From: Eledone cirrhosa
Lineage: Eukaryota
Length of the DNA: 64,000 bases
Reading direction: 5' to 3'
Assembly: GCA_964016885.1 (NCBI GenBank)
Contig: OZ024742.1
Span: 203,050,001-203,114,000, forward strand
Shown here: piece after piece, positions 55,683-64,000 of the stretch
Position numbering within the stretch: the stretch's first letter is position 1
Layout: every line of letters starts with the position of its first letter
Program-made: the position numbers and the translations under genes
The notes under the pieces: model-generated
The model's input: only the letters and a program-made list of their open reading frames with translations
Told to the model about the DNA's origin: nothing
The model's database searches: none

Positions 55683-57150
55683 TGGTGGGATGGTGGAGTG
55701 GCGGAGTGGTGGAGTGGTGGAGTGGTGTGTGGTGAGATGGTGAGATGGTGGAGTGGTGTGTGGTGAGGTGGTGGAGTGGTAGGGTTGTGGGGTGGTGGAG
55801 TGGTGGAGTTGTAGGGTGGTGGAGTGGTGTGTGGTGAGGTGGTGGAGTGGTGTGTGGTGGAGTGGTGGGGTTGTGGGGTGGTGAAGTGGTGGAGTGGTGT
55901 GTGGTGAGATGGTGGAGTGGTGTGTGGTGAGGTGGTGGAGTGGTAGGGTTGTGGGGTGGTGGAGTGGTGGAGTTGTAGGGTGGTGGAGTGGTGTGTGGTG
56001 AGGTGGTGGAGTGGTGTGTGGTGGAGTGGTGGGGTTGTGGGGTGGTGAAGTGGTGTGTGGTGAGGTGGTGGAGTGGTGGGGTTGTGGGGTGGTGGAGTGG
56101 TGGAGTTGTAGGGTGGTGGAGTGGTGTGTGGTGAGGTGGTGGAGTGGTGGAGTTGTAGGGTGGTGGAGTGGTGTGTGGTGAGGTGGTGGAGTGGTGTGTG
56201 GTGAGGTGGTGAAGTGGTGTGTGGTGGAGTGGTGGGGTTGTGGGGTGGTGGAGTGGTGGGGTTGTAGGGCGGTGTAGTGGTATGTGGTGGAGTGGCGTGT
56301 GGTGAGGTGGTGAAGTGGTGTGTGGTGAGGTGGTGGAGTGGTGGGGTTGTGGGGTGGTGTGTGATGAGGTGGTGGAATGGTGGGATTGTGGGGTGGTGGA
56401 ATGGTGAAGTGGTATGTGGTGAGGTGGTGGAGTGGTGGAGTTGTGGGATGGTGTGTGGTGAGGTGGTGGAATGGTGGGATTGTGGGGTGGTGGAATGGTG
56501 AAGTGGTATGTGGTGAGGTGGTGGAGTGGTGGAGTTGTGGGATGGTGGAGTGGTGGAGTGGTGAGGTGATGGAGTGGTGGGGTTGTGGGGTGGTGGAGTG
56601 GTAGAGTGGTGTGTTGTGTGGTGGTGGAGTGGTGGAGTTGTGGGATGGTGGAGTGGTGGAGTGGTGGAATGGTGAGGTGATGTAGTGGTGGGGTTGTGGG
56701 ATGGTGGAGTGGTGGAGTGGTGGAGTGGTGTATGGTGGAGTGGTGGGGTTGTGGGGTGGTGGAGTGGTAGAGTGGTGTGTTGTGAGGTGGTGGAGTGGTG
56801 GGAGTATGATTGTGTGGTGGGTTGGTGTGATGGTGGAGTGGTGAGGTGGTGGGTGTGAGGTGAGGTGGGGAGTGGTGGGGTTGCGGGGAGGTAGAGTGAG
56901 AGTGGTGGGGGGTGATTGTGTGGTGGGTTGGTGGTGTGGTGGGGTGGTAGAGTAGTGTGTGGTGGTGTGGTTTGTGTGGTGGTGTGGTGGCGTGGTGAGG
57001 TGGTGAAGTGGTGGAGTGGGGGTGTGGTGTGTGGTGTGTGGTGGGGTGGTGGAGTGGTGGGATGGTGGGGGTGGTGGAGTGGTGGAGTGGTGGAGTAGTG
57101 GAACGGTGGGTGGTGGGGTGGTGGAGTGGTGTGATGGTGTGGTGATGGAG
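55683..57150. repeat. G-rich compound repeat (ggtggagt / ggtgtgt / ggggttgt)
   Basis: Direct reading; source of the 533-aa His/Thr/Pro pseudo-ORF. Confidence 0.95.
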
Positions 57151-57363
57151 GGGGTTAGTGAAGGAGGAGGAGAAGGGGACAATCGGAAGTATTTGGTTGA
57201 GGGGACGGGTAAGATGGATAGAGAGAGAGAGGGGGGTGGGAGGAGTGTGGGAGCATGATAGGACAAATATGGTAGTAGCTGCAGGGAAATCTCATGATGG
57301 GAAACGACAGATAAATAAATATACAGATATATATATATATATATAGAGAGAGATAGAGAGAGG

Positions 57364-57405
<42 letters not shown>

Positions 57406-57764
57406 GAGAGAGAGAGATGTATAGAAAGATAGATAGATAGATAGAGATATATAGATAAAGCTAGAGGAAAGAGTGAAAGCGGGTTACTTTCCGTGTTAGT
57501 ATGTGTGTGTGTGTGTGGGGGGGGGGGTTCAAAGAGAAAAAAAAAGCGAATAATGAGAACGTGAAAAAAAGTTTAAGAAAGAATTACCCACACACATAAT
57601 ACAGACACATGCACACACTCACATATATATATATATATACAAACATACATACACACACACGCATAATGCAAGGACAAAAACCATGAAAATTAAGAGAAAA
57701 AAACGCAGTATGGTGAATATTATTACTTTAACACTGAAATAGAGCAAAAATAAATTCATGAATG

Positions 57765-57803
57765 CCTTGTACATTTCGGACATCTATCCTTCATCAGATA
57801 GGG
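57765..57803 (-). ncRNA. Degenerate minimal hammerhead motif
   Basis: ccctat-CTGATGA-a ggat agat gtcc-GAAA-tgtaca-agg; cleavage site and stem I imperfect. Confidence 0.4.
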
Positions 57804-58366
57804 AAGAATATAATAGTGAGATGTTTAGAGGGTGAAAACATATGGGAGAAAGAATAGAAAAGAAGAAAGAAAAATGAATTTATTTAGAAAATAAGGAAGA
57901 GTGTAGTGTAAGTGTTGGTGAAAACGTTATATGAGGCACACACAGAGACAAACACACATACAAACACACACACACACACAGACGCACGCACACGCACACA
58001 CACATACACCTATCTATATATATTTTTATAGAGGTGACCCCTTCGGTCAAAAATTACTAAGGGATTTGAACCAGGAAAGTGCCCCCCCCCCCCCACCCCA
58101 GGCATAAGTCCAGGCAACGTTGTTTGTGGAAGACCACCAGTCACCCATGCATACCAGATTCCCCTTTCAACGCCACCGATGATGTCCAAAAGAAAGGCAA
58201 TGGTCGATTCAGTAAACTGGAGCAACGTGAAATAAAGTGTCTTGTTCAAAGACATAATGCATCATTCGGTTGGAGAATCAAACTCACAACCTCCCGATTT
58301 CAAGCCCAATGCTCTAACTACTAAGACATGCGCCTTCACACATACATCACGCACATAAACGCGCGC

Positions 58367-58399
<33 letters not shown>

Positions 58400-58417
<18 letters not shown>

Positions 58418-58750
58418 GGTATGAATGTTATTGCATGTGTCTATGTGCTTCTTTTAAGTTATAGGTGTACATGTGCATATGTTTCTTATTACATGCTAAG
58501 TTTTTAACATGTTTTACGTATTTTTACAGTTACATTAATGGATTCTACTTGCAACCCCCTAAATACTTGTGCCATTTCTGGTTCTGTGAAACCCAGAAAC
58601 CCAGCTCCTTAAGATTTGTACTGAGCCAGTAACATATCCCAAAGCCCAATGTTCACAAGTACGAATCTTAGGTAAAGTCAGGATGAATTATCTGCAGATT
58701 CCTCATTAGTTCAGCATAAATGTTCTTCTTTTCTCTAATCTTTAGCATAT
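58400..58750 (-). mobile_element. Degraded R4/Dong-like 3' fragment
   Basis: KIREKKNIYAELMRNLQIIHPDF is homologous to 61310-61726. Confidence 0.65.
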
Positions 58751-59572
58751 ATATTGCGCTTGAGCGGACATGTTGTAAGAATGCCAGATTATCGTATTCC
58801 TAAGCAGTTACTCTCCGGGGAGTTAGTCAAAGGCAAACGGCCAAGGTATAAACCAACGCAGAGTTATAAAGACGGCATCAAATGAGCTTTGGTAATGTAA
58901 AAAATAAGAGAATATAACTGCGAAAACATTGCCTTAGATCGATCATCTTGGAGAAAAACAGTGTATAATGGAAAATAGGAATTTGAAAAAACTCGAGTGG
59001 AGCATGAAAAATTAAAGTGGGGTCTGTGTAAGGCTCTACGTGATATTATTTTACCTGGAATTTCAGGTGCCCCAAATCACTTCATGCGAAGTCATGTAAA
59101 ATACTTATGTTGCCGATTATGGTCACTTAAGCATTTTTTCATGTCGGAAGTATAGAAAATTATTGTTTCTACTTTTGGTACAAGGCCAGCAATTATCCCA
59201 GTGCATTACTGGTACTTTATTTTATCGACCTCGTAAGGATGAAAGACAAAGTTAACTTCGGGGGGATTTGAACTCAGACCGAAAACGGGAGTAATTCTAA
59301 GCCGCAAAGCATGGCGCCTCGACTCTCTAGCGATACAGCCAATCCATCGCCCTAAGTACAGAAAATAATGCGCCTCGGCCAGTGGACGACAATGTCATAT
59401 GAAACATCACCAAAACAAAAGTGTGAACCAAAGTGGAAGTAACCTTCATCGCTGCAGCATATGCAGAAAGGAATGTAAATCCCTGGCAGAGCTAAAGTGC
59501 CATGTACGTGCGACCGATGTGAGAGAGGAGGATCAGGTGGGAGGAATTCTTCAAATCAAGATGCAACCATTA
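58750..59572 (+). mobile_element. RTE LINE 3' fragment interrupted by a SINE (59158-59352 -)
   Basis: LRLSGHVVRMPDYRIPKQLLSGELVKGKRPR...YKD; terminal C2H2 CSICRKECKSLAELKCHVRA. Confidence 0.8.
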
Positions 59573-59585
59573 TATATATATATAA

Positions 59586-59772
59586 AATTGTTTCTACTTT
59601 AGGCACAAGGCCAGCAAATTATCAGTACAATACTGGTACTTTATTTTATCGACCCCGTAAGGATGAAAGGCAAAGTCAACCTCGGCGGGATTTGAATTCA
59701 GATTGTAAAGGGACGTAACTATGCTGGAAAGCATGGCGTCCGACCCTCTACCGATACTGCCAATCCACCGCC
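59586..59772 (-). mobile_element. tRNA-SINE (main family)
   Basis: Full-length reverse complement. Confidence 0.85.
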
Positions 59773-60170
59773 CTTATATATATCTATAAAGATTTACATA
59801 TATATATAAAGTCACAGATATATATGTGGCAACCGGTCACGTTGTGGCTCAATGAAGAATTAATAAATTAAATAATCAGAGCAATATATCATAAATCATG
59901 TTCTTAGAATTATTAGATAAAATATATACCAATTCCTCTCCCAATTAGCATAATTAACCATATAAAAAATCAATTAGACCAGGCTATAAAAATAAAGGCT
60001 CCTATGAAGAAATATTTGATAAATAACCGAAAGCGGCCTCTTCGCGGTGACCCCAATAGAGTATTTACCCAACATTTCAACAGCATGTAGAAACTGACTA
60101 AATATACCGTCAACCATACACAATTAGGTGTAAATTTAAACTTAGAAGAAATGTGTACGTACCGTAATTA

Positions 60171-60251
60171 CATCTCTACCATGGTTTCGTCCGTATTTTT
60201 AGATATCCTATTGTTCGGATGAATCTAGAGTAACAGACTCTTCAGGAGACA
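60171..60251 (-). ncRNA. Canonical type I hammerhead ribozyme
   Basis: tgtctc-CTGAAGA-gtctgt...acggac-GAAAC-catg-GTA-gagatg; palindromic stem III accatggt; in a ~530-bp non-coding block between (TA)n tracts. Confidence 0.85.
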
Positions 60252-60350
60252 AACTCTGTTGGACAGTTAATTTTCCAAAACGATCGCGCCAAAAATAGAT
60301 TCGAAAATGGCTAAGAATCGTGACGTGGCAGTGGTCAAGTTAGAAAGAAT

Positions 60351-60446
<96 letters not shown>

Positions 60447-60479
60447 TGTATGTATGTATGTATGTATGTATGTATGTAT

Positions 60480-61080
60480 GCATGTGGGATACATGCATGT
60501 ACATCCCTGTACAACCTGTCTCATGGTCGGGTCGTTGGCGACTAAACTGGCAACCCCACCAAGGTTTCTTGGTGAAGAGGGTGACTTTGGACATCCTGCA
60601 GGACTAAAAACAAAACCTGTCAAAGGGAAAAGGAGCTCTTAAGAGTCAATGGCCATCCAAAATCACCGGGAGAGATGACCCCTTAGCCTTTGTCAAGAAG
60701 GAAAACTCTGATATAACACATGCAACCCTGATGGTATCCAATGATGTTGACTTGTTCTTCTTTTTGGTAAATATCATCTTGGTTAAGAGAGTGTGACTGG
60801 CTTTGTGCAGTGCCTTTGCTCACTATAAAAGCTTCACGGCACAGGCATTGCTTTATATCTGGAGATCTCTCTGCACTTGTCATCACAGGGTACAATGGGC
60901 CCAGCACTATGTGTCAGTAATTGTCACAAGTGTAGTGTTTGTACCAGAGTTTTCAAGTCGCTGGCTGGACTAAAATGTCACACTCGTTCAGCGCATCGGT
61001 AGGGGTTCTCCTACATGGATATAAAGTAGTGGCCGTACTCGAAAACGAGTTGGCAGCCACCATGCATGCATGTATGTATG
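60480..61080 (+). mobile_element. RTE-derived bipartite non-autonomous element in (TATG)n
   Basis: Reverse complement of 9346-9968; gaaggaaaactctga motif recalled from RTE 5' UTRs; C2H2 remnant; (TGTA)n tail. Confidence 0.75.
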
Positions 61081-61730
61081 TTCTTCTGGTTTTATAATTT
61101 CACAAATTTTTACCAATAGAGAGTCGGCTTCTAACATAGACACAAGACTTTCTCATTGGAATTTACACAACATCAAAGAGGTAGATTATGTATGCACGTC
61201 TGCATGCGTGTGTAGATATTGATGTTATTGTATGTGTGGATGTGGATGTTTTGAGTTGTATGTGTGCATGTGCATATGCTTTGTATCTATAGATGTTTAT
61301 ATGCAGTTATTAGATGCAACATTTTTGGAATGTTTTACATATTTTTACTGTTCTATTAATGGATTGTACTTGTAATTTCCTAACTAGTTGTGTTCTTTCT
61401 GTTCCTGTGAAGCCCAGCTTCTCAAGATTTGTATTGAGGCAGTTACTAACATATCCCAGTGCCCCAATAATCAGAGGCATAAATCTGAAGGTGTAATCAG
61501 GGTGGAGTATCTGCAAATTTCTCATCAGTTCTGCATAAATATTCTCCCTTTCGCTAATCTTTGATATTATATTGGCATCTGCTGGGCAGCTAATTTCCAC
61601 TACTGTGCATGCTTTCTTTTGCCTGTCCCATATCATATCTGGTCTGCTATGTCTGCATTTTATTGGGGTTTTTACTGGAACATTCCACCAGTACTCTTTC
61701 ATATTATGTATATGGATGTCTTCCACATTG
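61081..61730 (-). mobile_element. R4/Dong-like non-LTR retrotransposon 3' fragment (restriction-like endonuclease)
   Basis: WWNVPVKT...HSRPDMIWDRQKKACTVVEISCP...ERENIY...MPLIIGALG; bordered by (TATG)n at both ends. Confidence 0.8.
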
Positions 61731-61832
61731 CTGTGTATGTATGTACGTTTGTATGTATGTATGTAACTTTAAAATAATCATCAGAAAAGTCATTCTTATT
61801 ATTTTATCAAACATGTAATATTATTACAGGGT

Positions 61833-62000
61833 GGGACGCCATGCTTTGCAGCATAGAGTTTCGCCCTTTTATGATCTGAGTTCAAATCCCGCCGAGGTTA
61901 ACTTTGCCTTTCATCCTTACAGAGTCGATAAAATAAAGTACCAGTAATACCAGTGTATTACTGGTACATAATTGCTGGCCTTGTGCCAAAAGTAGAAACT
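61833..62000 (+). mobile_element. 5'-truncated tRNA-SINE with an internal palindrome
   Basis: gtaccagtaatac cagt gtattactggtac. Confidence 0.8.
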
Positions 62001-62146
62001 ATCTATCACTATGTATAATGCGTGTACCATATTCTAAGTATGTTGGCATCAATATTAAACCTACAAGAACTCACGAATATCCCATGTATACATCTATCAA
62101 TCTAGACATCTATTCATGTGCCTGTCGATTTATTTACCTATATCTA

Positions 62147-62268
<122 letters not shown>

Positions 62269-62410
62269 TACAAATATTAATAAAATAGATGTTCTTTTGA
62301 TCAATTAATTATATTATACATATTTCATGCTTCCAATCTACTGTAAAACTCATTCTTTGATATACTCATTTAATCTTGTTTAACTCTTTAATATATATAT
62401 ATATTAAATT

Positions 62411-62479
<69 letters not shown>

Positions 62480-62727
62480 AAAGAATAGAGGTGTAACACA
62501 CAAGTTATGATATATTGGTAAACGGAAAAGAAAATGCTGACAAATTGTTCACAGTGAAAAATAGTTTAATTAGGAATAAGTGAGAATTAGTAATAGTATT
62601 GGTTATTATTCAGTTTTGGTTTTAAGTTTTACCGGTTGCGCATTTCTAATGCTTTTCAAAAATAATTTTGAGATACAAGGCCAGCAATTACCCAGTGCAT
62701 TACTGGTACTTTATTTTATCGACCCCC

Positions 62728-63620
62728 AATAAATTTGAAGACTAAAATCCAAAGAGGGCTCGATAAGGATAAATATATATCAAATACATAAGAACCGTAG
62801 AACAAATATTTATTAAAATAACAGATTAAAGTTTAAGCAAAGAATCGCTGCTTTCACCCTTAACGGGATCTTCTGAAACTAACAAAGTCAATCTGTGAGT
62901 CGGTGATTAATTTCGACGACTCTATTTGGATAAAAAAATCTAATAGTACCCCATTCACCGTGAGTATGGGCGCCAGCGATTCTGCGGAGGTTACTGATTT
63001 TATCGGCCTTTTCCTTGTTTTCTCTATCAAGGAAACATTCCCCAACGTGGCCGGTGGTTTGTACCGTGATGATGGTCTTTTGGCCATGACTAAGTGCGGC
63101 CCAAGTGCTTGCGAAAAGAACTCAGAAAAGAACTCACAGCCTTCTTTAAAGGCTTCAACCTCTCCATACAGGTTGAGGCCAACCTCTCGGTCGTTAATTA
63201 TCTCGACGTTACCCTCAATTTATCGAATGGCTTGCATTACCCGTATAGAAAGCCGAATGATACGCTTAGTTACATAAGTAAGCATTCTAACCATCCTGCC
63301 AGCATAACCAAAACCTGGTAAGAAACGTTTCTTTGAGGCTTTCCTGTCTATCTACTAACGAGCATATTTTCAACGACCATTCCACATATTACAATGAAGC
63401 TCTTGCTCGGAGTGGATTTGTCGATAAGGTAGCATATACAGAGTACGAGAATAGACCTAGAAGAAATAGATTCCGACGCATTATTTGGTATAACCCATCA
63501 TATAATATGGAGGTGGCCACACCATTAGCTAAGATTTTTCTCTCCCTTATTACGAAGCATTTTCCCTCTACACATAAATATAGTAACATTTTTAATAGAA
63601 ATACTATTACAATTTCTTAC
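62728..63620 (+). mobile_element. Penelope-like element: inverted pLTR (62728-62898) joined to a frameshifted RT fragment
   Basis: FTVSMGASDSAEVTDFIGL...GGLYRDDGL...VNYLDVTLNL...PYRKPND...SNHP...RL..LS...Y..AL..SG...IIWYNP; the 5' block equals the 3' tail at 23980-24153 in opposite orientation to the RT. Confidence 0.9.
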
Positions 63621-64000
63621 ATATGGTGGGTATTGACATGTTTCCTGGACCTAGACGATGACGCATTAATATCCATGGGAAAGGCTGGGTGACGCCTTCA
63701 GTGGAACGGGCCTCGAACTTGTAGTTCAAATGAGGCCCGAAAGGATCGCCCAGATCCCTGAACGCGTCATACTGGATGATCAAACTTTTATTAACATTAC
63801 CGTTGAGGGTAGGCGGCCCTCGTGTTATCTCTGTAGAGCCAGAGGTCACCTGAAGGATGTCTGTCCTCAACTTAAAAAGAAAACCCCAATCCTGCCTACA
63901 ACACCAACAACTGCACAACCAACACAGTCACCACAACCACCACTACAAAAACAACAACCACAGCTCAAACCAAAACAATTTCCAAAACACCCGCACCGCA

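Noticed and set aside
55665-57266. 533-aa His/Thr/Pro ORF
   Set aside because: Stop-free only because it is the complement of a (GGT)-type repeat; no splice or domain evidence.
63607-63918. 103-aa minus-strand ORF next to the PLE RT
   Set aside because: No motif I can recognise and it is at the window edge; cannot be assigned.

Overview
AT-rich, repeat-saturated animal genomic DNA, probably intergenic or intronic. The SINE and microsatellite content suggests a coleoid cephalopod such as Octopus, which is an inference. No intact host protein-coding gene can be supported: almost all listed ORFs are translated (TA)n/(CATA)n/(GT)n/(GGT)n microsatellites. Recognisable content: many copies of a tRNA-derived SINE; fragments of Penelope-like (RT and GIY-YIG), RTE, CR1, CRE-like and R4/Dong-like retroelements; non-autonomous Helitrons; mariner- and hAT-like MITEs; and a ~36-copy 60-bp minisatellite. 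The most striking unannotated signal, found by reading both strands, is more than 15 hammerhead ribozyme (HHR) motifs from about 10 distinct families. Most lie in short non-coding fold-back (inverted-repeat) modules embedded in (TA)n tracts. Several carry recurrent core variants (U4A, U4C, CUGAGAA). One sits at the 3' end of a tRNA-SINE in two copies and one is carried inside a Helitron. All structures were folded by eye, and coordinates of degenerate repeats are approximate.
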